Origin: a virus
Strand: one strand, 5' to 3'
Virus record (IMG/VR): IMGVR_UViG_3300029286_003706
Location: 1 to 64,000 of that record
Length of the DNA: 64,000 nucleotides
Below, piece by piece: positions 55,445-64,000 of the stretch. The position numbers and the translations under genes were made by a program. Positions within the stretch are counted from its first letter, which is position 1; each line of letters starts with the position of its first letter. The notes below the pieces were generated by a model, which saw only the letters and a list, made by a program, of their open reading frames with translations, was not told the DNA's origin and did not search any database.

Positions 55445-56647
55445 ATGACACAAGAAGAAATATCTGATTTGTTATCATCGATGAATGGTTTTAGCACCAG
55501 TTCAGAAAATTTAACAAAATCAATAGTAGATGTGAAAACTAAATCATCTCTCATTCCACCTGTTATTACCCCGGAGGATTTTGAACCGAAGGGTAAATTC
55601 CCATTTATGACAGAAAATCAAATATTAAAAAGAATTATGACTATCGATGCAGGTACAATGCCCGGTATAGATGGTATAAATACACCAAAAGTAACAGAAG
55701 AACAAGCTCATTTGATAATATATGGTAAACCACCAATTTATGATTCTAACGGGAAAATGATAGATAATGAAATAACAAATCCGGAATGTGTTGACCCAAA
55801 TAGAAAAATACCCGATAATTTCAATCTCAAGAATAAAATAAAAGATATGAAAAAAGAAATTAAGGATTCTATAATGCAGGTTCAATTTAAAGCCAGTGAA
55901 TTAAGTGAAGCATTCGTTATGTTAATTGTTAAATTAGGATTGGGAATGGGTGTTATGATAGATTGTTTAACGACAATACCAAAACCAATTATAACTGTTG
56001 CATTGGCTGCCTTACAAGGGATGTTATTGGATATTAGTAATTTTGTATCAAAAACAATGGAAATTACACCATTTTTATTACCATTGTTGTCATTGGCATA
56101 TTTTTTACCTAGTATCTCTATGATTAAAACCATTTTTGTTTTAATAACAGTTCCGGTTGACTTATTAAATGGAATTTTACAAGGGGTTTCAAAAATATTA
56201 ATTTTAAAAGAAATAATTATGAGTTTAATCGGGGCTTTAATATCGGTGGCCACAACTACAATGGTGAATTTAAATCAAACAAATGAAGAAATAAAAACAT
56301 CATATCCAACATTTGTCGATAACGGAACAGATAACAATCTTATTTATTTGGAAAAAGAATTAGTTCAAGAACAAATTAAAACACCAGTAGATGATCAAAA
56401 AGTAGAAAAGTTAAATAAATGGATAAATGATATAAAAATAAATCAAACCCAAATAAAAGAACTTACAAATATTGATAATTTAAAAACAGTCAAAAGGGAT
56501 CAATTAAATAATAATTTAACATCTATCAGTACAATAAATGATAAATTATATAAAAAGATGGAAGATGATTACAATAAAAAGCAACAAGAAATAGAACAAT
56601 TTCTTGTTCTAAAACTTCAAAAAAATACTTATGAAATTTGGGATTAA
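55445..56647 (+). CDS. late protein with extended hydrophobic central region
   Basis: Several hydrophobic helices, roughly residues 155-270. Confidence 0.65.
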   Translation: MTQEEISDLLSSMNGFSTSSENLTKSIVDVKTKSSLIPPVITPEDFEPKGKFPFMTENQILKRIMTIDAGTMPGIDGINTPKVTEEQAHLIIYGKPPIYDSNGKMIDNEITNPECVDPNRKIPDNFNLKNKIKDMKKEIKDSIMQVQFKASELSEAFVMLIVKLGLGMGVMIDCLTTIPKPIITVALAALQGMLLDISNFVSKTMEITPFLLPLLSLAYFLPSISMIKTIFVLITVPVDLLNGILQGVSKILILKEIIMSLIGALISVATTTMVNLNQTNEEIKTSYPTFVDNGTDNNLIYLEKELVQEQIKTPVDDQKVEKLNKWINDIKINQTQIKELTNIDNLKTVKRDQLNNNLTSISTINDKLYKKMEDDYNKKQQEIEQFLVLKLQKNTYEIWD

Positions 56648-56655
56648 ATCATATT

Positions 56656-57579
56656 TTAGAATAAGATACTAGAATTATTATTCCACCTTGTATATAATTT
56701 GCAATCTGGTCTGAGAATAAGATATTTAATATCTTCTTTTACATCTTCGATATTTTTTGTTTCCCCCATACAATTATCATCAACAACAGTTGATAACCCA
56801 TCAACGGAAAATCTTACAGCACCAAATGATAATCTTTCAAGGGGATTACCGTTCTTTAAAATATAATCGTTTATTTGTTTCATATATTCATCAGAACACC
56901 TATTTTCAAGAATCCAATTGTTGATTTCTTTTTCTTCATCTGTTTTTGGATTGTTGACATAATATAGAACCCTGAATGTTATTTGATTTGCACTCAATTC
57001 TTTAGCTTTCTGAAAAATTTGTTTCGGTGTGATGTCCAATCTTTCATAAAGATTTGTCATATTAATAGACAATCTTAATGTAAAATTATATTTCTTGATG
57101 GCCTTACATGTTTCAGTAATATCAACGAAAGCCTTTTTGTTTTTATATAAAGAATTGTTTTCTGAATCAAAAATATCAAAAAGACTAAGTGATATGATTT
57201 TAATTCTCACATAATTTCTCAACCAACGTAAGTTTTCTTCACCCCCGTTATCAGCCTTATTGAGTAAAAAACAACCACTTGTTTGAAGTTCACATTTAAC
57301 AAATGGACTTGGGAGTGATTTGTTGATTTCAACAACAGTTCCCATAAATTCCTTATTTATTAAACATTCACCATTTTCTCCAGTGAAAATAAGGTCATTA
57401 CAATCGTTATCCCGAGCGTATCTTAAAGCATCCTGATAATCTCTTCGGTATAAATCTTCAAATTGTAAATTTTTTCCCAATTCATTTTTATATGGACTAT
57501 CGTGAAGTTTAGATACACAACACGCACAATTGTTTGGACATCCACCGGGAACTAAAATTGATAAACTTTGTGGTTTCAT
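56656..57579 (-). CDS. radical SAM protein
   Basis: CPNNCACC (CxxxCxxC), FTGENGE, ELQTSG. Confidence 0.85.
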   Translation of the reverse strand: MKPQSLSILVPGGCPNNCACCVSKLHDSPYKNELGKNLQFEDLYRRDYQDALRYARDNDCNDLIFTGENGECLINKEFMGTVVEINKSLPSPFVKCELQTSGCFLLNKADNGGEENLRWLRNYVRIKIISLSLFDIFDSENNSLYKNKKAFVDITETCKAIKKYNFTLRLSINMTNLYERLDITPKQIFQKAKELSANQITFRVLYYVNNPKTDEEKEINNWILENRCSDEYMKQINDYILKNGNPLERLSFGAVRFSVDGLSTVVDDNCMGETKNIEDVKEDIKYLILRPDCKLYTRWNNNSSILF

Positions 57580-57582
57580 AAA

Positions 57583-58497
57583 TTAATTCTTGTTTTTATT
57601 ATCATAAAAAGTAACCGCTTTGTATATTCGTTCTGTATCTTTCTTACTACAAGGATATGTGTGATCCCAAATATAAAACCCATTGACAATTTTTAACCAG
57701 TTGAACGGATATGGTTTAGATAAAATGTAAACAACCGATTCACTCACATTGTAGAGTTGACAAAGTTTAGAAAAATCGATTGAAATTCCGTTGGCAATTC
57801 CATTTTTCATATATCTCTTATTCAATTGAAGTTTTCCGGTCAAATCAATGATAAAATTACGATAATTTTGTATTTCTTCACTTTCTGTTAGAGCAACCCA
57901 TTGATTAGGATTAATTTCCTTTGATTTTACCCTTTTAATTTTTTGTGATTGATTCCTTAATTTTCTACTCAAATAAATACAATCTTGCAAAATCAATTCA
58001 TTGTCGTAGTTCCATTTAAATATTTCACAACCACCATAATATCTTCCAACTTTTATTGTTGTAATGAAATTGTTAGATTCTAATATAGATGTAGTCAGTT
58101 TAACACGACTATTTTTCAATATATCGTGAATGAAGTGTGATTTTACCCCATCGTTTAAAGAAATTTCACGAACTTTAATAAGGGCTTTTAAAAACCTTTT
58201 CGCTTCATTTTTTTCTCTTTGTGTACCTTTCAGTATGACATAATCATGAAGAAAAAAATCATGTAATTTTTTAGCGTGTTTTATAGTCGGTTTATCAACC
58301 AACCATCTCCAAGATTCACCATCCCATTTAACAAAATCAAGACCCCGATATAAACAAGTACCCATGACCGGGGATGCATTGTGTTCCAAAAAGATTTCCT
58401 TCAATCTTTTTTGAGGTAATATTTTACCATCTGACTGTTCAAAATAAATTTGATTTAAAACATCAAAATATTTTAAATCCTTTTCTTCGTTTTTCAT
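57583..58497 (-). CDS. hypothetical early protein
   Basis: After TAATTTTG at 58518-58525. Confidence 0.7.
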   Translation of the reverse strand: MKNEEKDLKYFDVLNQIYFEQSDGKILPQKRLKEIFLEHNASPVMGTCLYRGLDFVKWDGESWRWLVDKPTIKHAKKLHDFFLHDYVILKGTQREKNEAKRFLKALIKVREISLNDGVKSHFIHDILKNSRVKLTTSILESNNFITTIKVGRYYGGCEIFKWNYDNELILQDCIYLSRKLRNQSQKIKRVKSKEINPNQWVALTESEEIQNYRNFIIDLTGKLQLNKRYMKNGIANGISIDFSKLCQLYNVSESVVYILSKPYPFNWLKIVNGFYIWDHTYPCSKKDTERIYKAVTFYDNKNKN

Positions 58498-58551
58498 ATC
58501 ATTTTTTAAATCGAATACAAAATTACGAATTATTAATGAATTAAAAAAATT

Positions 58552-58860
58552 TTAAGATAAATCGGAATAACAATTAGGACATGTTTTATCTATTAATTCA
58601 TCTTTGTTGAAATGTTCATCACATTCATCACAATAATAATAATGTGTCCAAACATAAACAGCATTCACAACCATTCTTGCATTTTCTCTATCATAAAGAC
58701 ATCCACTTGTCCAACATTTATTATTTCTTACATCAGGATCATCCTCAAATTCTTTTTTCATTGGATAAATTGAACATGTTAAACATGGACATATTTCATA
58801 ATCCCATATCATTTCTTTACCATTGAAAGATATTTTATTTTGTTTTATTTTATTTTCCAT
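58552..58860 (-). CDS. Cys-rich zinc-binding protein
   Basis: CDEC...CPNC. Confidence 0.65.
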   Translation of the reverse strand: MENKIKQNKISFNGKEMIWDYEICPCLTCSIYPMKKEFEDDPDVRNNKCWTSGCLYDRENARMVVNAVYVWTHYYYCDECDEHFNKDELIDKTCPNCYSDLS

Positions 58861-59084
58861 TTTAGACTTTCTTTATGAATGAATGATTTTTCAAAACATT
58901 TCGGACATTCAAAAACAGTAGCCATTCCACCTATATTATGTCCTATTCTTACAACATCATATATGGTTTCACAATGTATGTTTTCAGTTTCCATATCGTG
59001 ATAACAATAAGGACATTGTAAAGGCATATCTTGTTCCCGTAAATCCGACAATTCAAAAAATTCTATAAATTCAATTGTTTTCAT
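58845..59084 (-). CDS. small zinc-ribbon protein
   Basis: CPYC...ECPKC. Confidence 0.7.
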   Translation of the reverse strand: MKTIEFIEFFELSDLREQDMPLQCPYCYHDMETENIHCETIYDVVRIGHNIGGMATVFECPKCFEKSFIHKESLKWKIK

Positions 59085-59439
59085 TTTTCACTGGTTTTTC
59101 TTTCCTATCAATGGCATATTCTATCATTTGTTTCTGTATTTCATAAAATTCTTCATCGATGATCGGATGTAATTTTACATAATTTTCTTCCTTTTTCTTA
59201 TTTGATTTCTTTGATTCAAGAATACAAGATATTCCCCCTTTTCGAAAAAATATCCAATTACAAATTTTTAGTTCGTGTTCACCCCTTCGAAAAACGACAT
59301 TATCTAATTTCCTTTTACCTAAATATTCACCATAAAATGCATAAATATCAGTTTCATCTTGATCGAACTCAAATGAAATACCAACTTTTTTCAAATCGGA
59401 TAAACACTTTTGTAAAAATTTATTTTGTATATCTATCAT
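59071..59439 (-). CDS. hypothetical protein
   Basis: Operon gene. Confidence 0.65.
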   Translation of the reverse strand: MIDIQNKFLQKCLSDLKKVGISFEFDQDETDIYAFYGEYLGKRKLDNVVFRRGEHELKICNWIFFRKGGISCILESKKSNKKKEENYVKLHPIIDEEFYEIQKQMIEYAIDRKEKPVKNENN

Positions 59440-59858
59440 AATTTTTCAGATTCTTGTTTCCACTTTTTTATTTGTTTTGGTATTTCTACTTCATATAATG
59501 GACTTACTCCATTTTGCAAATTGTAAATTTTGTTATGATAATATGTTACCGCTTTTGGATTGTACCATATAATAATACCCCATTCACGAAAATCTTTTTG
59601 AGGAAACAACCAATTCATAAATTTGATATGGGATTTCAACCCTTTGTTTGAATATGAAAAATTTGGATGAAATTTACCCCAAGAATCAAATTGTCGTTCA
59701 TAGTAATATTCTTTTGATTGTAATAAAATCAATTTTTGAATATTAGAATTTGATTGGTTATCCTGATTTTCAATTGTTATTTTCTTATACCTATATTGAA
59801 TTATCCTTATATGAATAATTGCAAATGGTATTAGAATTTTATTAAAAAAGTTATTCAT
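59436..59858 (-). CDS. hypothetical protein
   Basis: Operon gene. Confidence 0.65.
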   Translation of the reverse strand: MNNFFNKILIPFAIIHIRIIQYRYKKITIENQDNQSNSNIQKLILLQSKEYYYERQFDSWGKFHPNFSYSNKGLKSHIKFMNWLFPQKDFREWGIIIWYNPKAVTYYHNKIYNLQNGVSPLYEVEIPKQIKKWKQESEKL

Positions 59859-59860
59859 AG

Positions 59861-60061
59861 TTATTTCTTTTTTTCAATTGTTTCGAAATCATCACATTTA
59901 TTCCAACCCCATTCAACCATATCCATACTTTCTATATAATCAGGACCATCCCACCACCCTCTATGGCAAAAACAATTTATAATAGAAGTTTTCTTTTTAG
60001 GATTTTCTAAAGTCCCCAAATCTAAACAGGATTTACATTTTAAACATTTAATCATTTCCAT
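59861..60061 (-). CDS. small Cys-rich protein
   Basis: CLKCKSC...CDDF. Confidence 0.65.
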   Translation of the reverse strand: MEMIKCLKCKSCLDLGTLENPKKKTSIINCFCHRGWWDGPDYIESMDMVEWGWNKCDDFETIEKKK

Positions 60062-60073
60062 AAATTTAATTTT

Positions 60074-60850
60074 TTATATATTTAAAATTAATAATTCATC
60101 TGATACTTGCAAACAATCAATAAAAGTTACACTTGTATCATTTTCTTCTTTTCCAAATGATTTATGTGTTATAATATTTGGAACATTACTATGTCCTACA
60201 ATTTGATGAAATCCAAATAAAGGTTTTTCATAAATTTCTTGTTTATCCGACCAAAGAGGACCACCCACTTTTCTACCCCATCCACCTTTTGTTCTGGCAG
60301 CTGAACACATAAATATATCATCATCTTGAAATTCCCACATCATATTACAAACATCTGAAATTGTTTCATTTCCATTCAAATATTTGTGAAATCTATTTTC
60401 TTTATTACCTTTCATTTTTGGTCTAACATAGTGTTCCCACCACCCTCGATGAATTCCGGCGTGTGTCCAAATATAATTTTCATACTGATATGAAAATTGA
60501 AACAATCTGTAATTGGTTCTAAATATTTGATTCAAATCATGTAACATCTCATCTCTTGATCCGGTGACATTATCTCTACCATAATTCATAGTATAATAAT
60601 AAACATCATGATTACCCCACAATAGAACAACCTTATCTTCGAAATCTTTTTTGAATTTTATGATTTCTAATAAATTTTCAACAATTGGTTCATCAGTATC
60701 ATATGAATCCACATAATCACCCACAAAAACAACTTTATCGTATTTCTGCATAGTTATATTGATAACTTCTTTTGTTGGTGTAGTTGTACCAAATAAGAGA
60801 AGTTTCCAACGATTTGAACCGTGAATATCACCAATTGATATAAATTTCAT
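60074..60850 (-). CDS. calcineurin-like metallophosphoesterase
   Basis: GDIHG, GDYVD, GNHD, THAG, GPLW, QIVGH. Confidence 0.92.
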   Translation of the reverse strand: MKFISIGDIHGSNRWKLLLFGTTTPTKEVINITMQKYDKVVFVGDYVDSYDTDEPIVENLLEIIKFKKDFEDKVVLLWGNHDVYYYTMNYGRDNVTGSRDEMLHDLNQIFRTNYRLFQFSYQYENYIWTHAGIHRGWWEHYVRPKMKGNKENRFHKYLNGNETISDVCNMMWEFQDDDIFMCSAARTKGGWGRKVGGPLWSDKQEIYEKPLFGFHQIVGHSNVPNIITHKSFGKEENDTSVTFIDCLQVSDELLILNI

Positions 60851-60866
60851 ATTTTTCTTTTTTTAT

Positions 60867-61043
60867 TTAACTATCAGAATATTCCCACGACCCACAATTT
60901 AAACATTCATAAGCGATTCCACTTTTAGCTAAAACCATTCTTTTTCCACAACAATAAGAACCATCACCCTCATCTTCTTCTAACGATTTAAATCTTTCCT
61001 TGTCGGTATCATCGAAATTATCAATATTATTTTCTTTTACCAT
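60867..61043 (-). CDS. 58-aa zinc-ribbon protein (not in ORF track)
   Basis: MVKENNIDNF...YCCGKRM...YECLNCGSWE. Confidence 0.6.
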   Translation of the reverse strand: MVKENNIDNFDDTDKERFKSLEEDEGDGSYCCGKRMVLAKSGIAYECLNCGSWEYSDS

Positions 61044-61432
61044 TTTATTTCAGTTGTAGTTGTTTTGAAACCATAATTTGCCGAATACTTCCATATATAT
61101 CTACATTCATTCAATACTTTTTCTTCTTTTACTGTTAATTCTATACTTTCATCATCGGAATGTAACGGAAGAATATCTCTGATGAAAGTGGATAATTTTA
61201 AAATTTCAGGGATTATTTCATCATTTTCATCATCGATTTCATTATTTTTCAAAAAATCTGATACATCATTTATAATTTTTTTATATTCCATACTAATCAT
61301 TTGATCCAATGTTTCTTGGGATCTTTGATGAATCAATTTTTTAACTAATCGAAATGGTTGAACTTCCAATTTAAGATAACTAATATCCAGAATGATTGAT
61401 TTATCGTTCCAAATGTTAAAATTTCCATTCAT
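61037..61432 (-). CDS. hypothetical early protein
   Basis: After TAATTTTG at 61459-61466. Confidence 0.7.
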   Translation of the reverse strand: MNGNFNIWNDKSIILDISYLKLEVQPFRLVKKLIHQRSQETLDQMISMEYKKIINDVSDFLKNNEIDDENDEIIPEILKLSTFIRDILPLHSDDESIELTVKEEKVLNECRYIWKYSANYGFKTTTTEIKW

Positions 61433-61544
61433 AATATGTATTTTTTAGAATTATGATACAAAATTACAAATGTTCAATGATAAAAAAAAATTTTAATGAA
61501 TAAAAAACTTTCAACTTTATTAATAAAAAAAATATATACATAAA

Positions 61545-63080
61545 ATGATATTAACAAAAAATATAAAAGTTGGGATATGTTTTAATAATATTAATCATTA
61601 TAAACAATATTTTGATAATTTAAAAATTGGTGATAAAATAGAAATTCCAATAGAAAAATTATCACCGGGTAGTCATTTGAAAATTTTATCCAAATGTGAT
61701 ATTTGTGGTGTAGAAAAAAATATTCCATATAGAGATTATTTAAATAGTTTTAATAACGGAAATTATTTCTGTTGTAATAAATGTGCATTAGAAAAAAGAA
61801 GAAAAACTAAATTGGAAAAATATAACGATGCAGGATATCATAATATTGAAAAAATGAAAAAAACCAATTTAGAAATATATGGTTTTGAAAACGTTTTCCA
61901 AAACGAAGATATTAAAGATAAAATAAAAGAAACTTGTTACAAAAAATATAAAGTTAAATTTACATCTCAAACAAATATTGTCAAAGAAAAAACAAAAGAA
62001 ACTTGTTACAAAAAATATAAATACCATCACCATTTAAAAAATGTAGAAATATTAAATAAGCTATATAGTACAAATTTAGAAAGATACAAAAATAAATTTT
62101 ATCTTAAATCAACTATTTATAAAAATAAAAGAGTGAATTTTTTGTTGGAAAATTATAATTTAAATGTTATAAATTTTGATAAATCTGTTTATACAATAAA
62201 ATGTGATATTTGTAATAAAGAATATAATATAAAAAATAGTTTGATGCTTCAAAGAATTTTATATAAAACAAAAATGTGTGTTTTGTGCAATCCGATTAAT
62301 TCTTATTGTGAAAGTGGAAAAGAAAATCAACTATCAAATTTTATTAAAAGTTTTTGTGATAATATAATATTAAATGATAGACATTTAATAAAAGAATTAG
62401 ATATTTATTTACCGAATTTGAAATTGGCATTTGAGTTTAACGGAATATACTGGCATAGTGAATTAAATGTTGATAAAAATTATCATCTAAATAAAACTGA
62501 ATTATGTGAACAACATGGGATTCATTTAATTCATATTTATGAAGATGATTGGATATATAAACAAGAAATAGTTAAATCTAAAATACTCGATTTATTAGAT
62601 AAAATACCAAATAAAATTTATGCTAGAAAATGTGAAATTAGAGAAATAATAGATAATAAATTAATTTACTGTTTTCTAGAAGAAAACCATCTACAAGGTT
62701 TTATTGATTCACAAATTAAACTTGGGTTGTTTTATAACGATGAACTGGTTTCTTTAATGATTTTCAGTGAACAACCAGATGGTATTTATGAAATGTTTAG
62801 AGTTTGTAATAAAAATTATATATCAGTTATCGGGGGTTTTAATAAATTGTTCAAATATTTTGTCGAAAAATATAAACCAAAAGAAATTATTAGTTATGTT
62901 GATAGATCGTGGAGTAAAGGCGATTTATATTATAAATTAGGATTTACTTATATTAGTAAAACATCACCCAATTATTATTGTGTAATTGATGGTAAGAAAT
63001 CAAATGGTGATATAATAGACGAAAGAAAAAATTATCACATTTATGATAGTGGAAATTTAAAATTTGTTTATTTTATCTAG
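61545..63080 (+). CDS. Hef-like free-standing homing endonuclease
   Basis: ELDIYLPNLKLAFEFNGIYWH, IYARKC, NHLQG, IYDSG; paralogue of 18491. Confidence 0.75.
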   Translation: MILTKNIKVGICFNNINHYKQYFDNLKIGDKIEIPIEKLSPGSHLKILSKCDICGVEKNIPYRDYLNSFNNGNYFCCNKCALEKRRKTKLEKYNDAGYHNIEKMKKTNLEIYGFENVFQNEDIKDKIKETCYKKYKVKFTSQTNIVKEKTKETCYKKYKYHHHLKNVEILNKLYSTNLERYKNKFYLKSTIYKNKRVNFLLENYNLNVINFDKSVYTIKCDICNKEYNIKNSLMLQRILYKTKMCVLCNPINSYCESGKENQLSNFIKSFCDNIILNDRHLIKELDIYLPNLKLAFEFNGIYWHSELNVDKNYHLNKTELCEQHGIHLIHIYEDDWIYKQEIVKSKILDLLDKIPNKIYARKCEIREIIDNKLIYCFLEENHLQGFIDSQIKLGLFYNDELVSLMIFSEQPDGIYEMFRVCNKNYISVIGGFNKLFKYFVEKYKPKEIISYVDRSWSKGDLYYKLGFTYISKTSPNYYCVIDGKKSNGDIIDERKNYHIYDSGNLKFVYFI

Positions 63081-63840
63081 CCATTCTAAACCAAGAAACT
63101 GTCGTTTGACCCTTTATTTCTTCGTTAACTTTATCTACCATAGACTGACCACCACTTATAATATCTTGAGCATTATAGTTGAAATTACCCGGCATATTAA
63201 AATTAAAACGACCAATCTGTTCGCCCATTCTAACTCTACACAACCCAATACAATATCTTTTAAACATTTCAAAATCAAACAATTCTTCTTCTTGAATTCT
63301 AACCCACACTTCTAACATATGATTGGATTCACCGGGATATGATTCTAAACTACCCAAAAAATTAAGTTGTTTGTTTATTGGGTTAAAACTAAATTTAACA
63401 GTATCTTTTGTCATTTTATTTATTTCATCGGAAAAATAACTGATTACTGAACGATAGAGTGCGAGGTCCCCCGCAGTGGTTACAAAGCTAGTTAAGAAAG
63501 GCTGATTTGTAACCCCCAAATTAATAGATAGATTTGGTGCTTGAATACCAATTCTAAATAAAGATAAATCATTTATTTTTATAATTCTTGTTATATTTTC
63601 AACTTCTTCTGGCATGATTAAATATTTGAATCTAGAATATGTGTCCCTCAACAACATGTCTTTTTTCATAAAATAATAAAATTTTTGAAGAGAAAATTGA
63701 TAATTTTTATAGAAATATTCTAGGGCTAATTCTTTCACTACACGTTTTACTTCTTTATCAACCAAAACTTTTGGTAGTGCACCAGAAAACGTCAAGTCGG
63801 CTTGTATGATGTCTATTAATTGTTCAATTGTTATTGACAT
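63073..63840 (-). CDS. neck/head-completion protein, T4 gp13-like
   Basis: C-terminal FKRYC.......MG..IGRF.FNMPGN..YN...I resembles the gp13 LPGG region; late promoter upstream. Confidence 0.6.
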   Translation of the reverse strand: MSITIEQLIDIIQADLTFSGALPKVLVDKEVKRVVKELALEYFYKNYQFSLQKFYYFMKKDMLLRDTYSRFKYLIMPEEVENITRIIKINDLSLFRIGIQAPNLSINLGVTNQPFLTSFVTTAGDLALYRSVISYFSDEINKMTKDTVKFSFNPINKQLNFLGSLESYPGESNHMLEVWVRIQEEELFDFEMFKRYCIGLCRVRMGEQIGRFNFNMPGNFNYNAQDIISGGQSMVDKVNEEIKGQTTVSWFRMAR

Positions 63841-63892
63841 AAACTTTAAATGTTTTTATTTATATATTAATTTTATAAAGACAAAAACTCAA

Positions 63893-64000
63893 ATGATATT
63901 AGATAAGGAAGTAAAAATAACAATTAATCCAAAAGTAGATAGGACATATTTCAAATTGGATTATTATGACATTAATATTGTGAAAGATCCATTTCAAATT
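63893..64000 (+). CDS. 5' end of another endonuclease-family ORF (runs off the window)
   Basis: MILDKEVKITINPK resembles MLITTSVKITINP (18491) and MILDEYVDV (1994). Confidence 0.5.
   Translation, partial: MILDKEVKITINPKVDRTYFKLDYYDINIVKDPFQI

Noticed and set aside
3102-63315. Short antisense or nested ORFs in the track (e.g. 3102, 5133, 5590, 9150, 9166, 10033, 10957, 12610, 14399, 15152, 16555, 18300, 20858, 23952, 30127, 31252, 38185, 51993, 52194, 55882, 63064)
   Set aside because: They overlap better-supported genes, have F/L/I/S-rich shadow composition and lack promoters
1-64000. Stop-codon reassignment as in some jumbo phages
   Set aside because: Long conserved genes are intact in the standard code; broken ORFs are frameshifts, not in-frame stops

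Overview
Very AT-rich 64 kb segment of a large T4-like (jumbo) myovirus genome, read in the standard genetic code. Recognisable genes include UvsW helicase, a UvsY-like protein, a gp13-like neck protein, large virion proteins, ThyA, RtcB, PRPP synthetase, RNase H, a minimal ligase, an ECF-like sigma factor, three glycosyltransferases, ribosomal protein bS21, many free-standing endonucleases, an intact TnpB and TnpB remnants. The host is very likely Bacteroidota: 14 intergenic TAnnTTTG(TA) -7 promoter elements, almost no Shine-Dalgarno sites, and a Bacteroidota-type bS21. A second promoter class (TAATATATA, late-like) precedes virion and selfish genes. Main unexplained structure: (1) a promoter-to-terminator unit at 5.4-5.7 kb holding only three micro-ORFs at an exact 82-nt period, each encoding MK..RPPP; (2) about 15 unrelated proteins, several ADP-ribosyltransferase-like, carrying a T4-type capsid-targeting/protease-cleavage tag, including a 905-aa polyprotein segmented by NES sites; (3) an enriched [ST]GxT motif in virion proteins alongside phage glycosyltransferases; (4) a 175-nt tRNA-shaped RNA whose anticodon loop is replaced by a ~90-nt structured insert; (5) an orphan TnpB omegaRNA-like RNA with its own promoter. 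All functional calls come from reading motifs by eye; no database searches were run.
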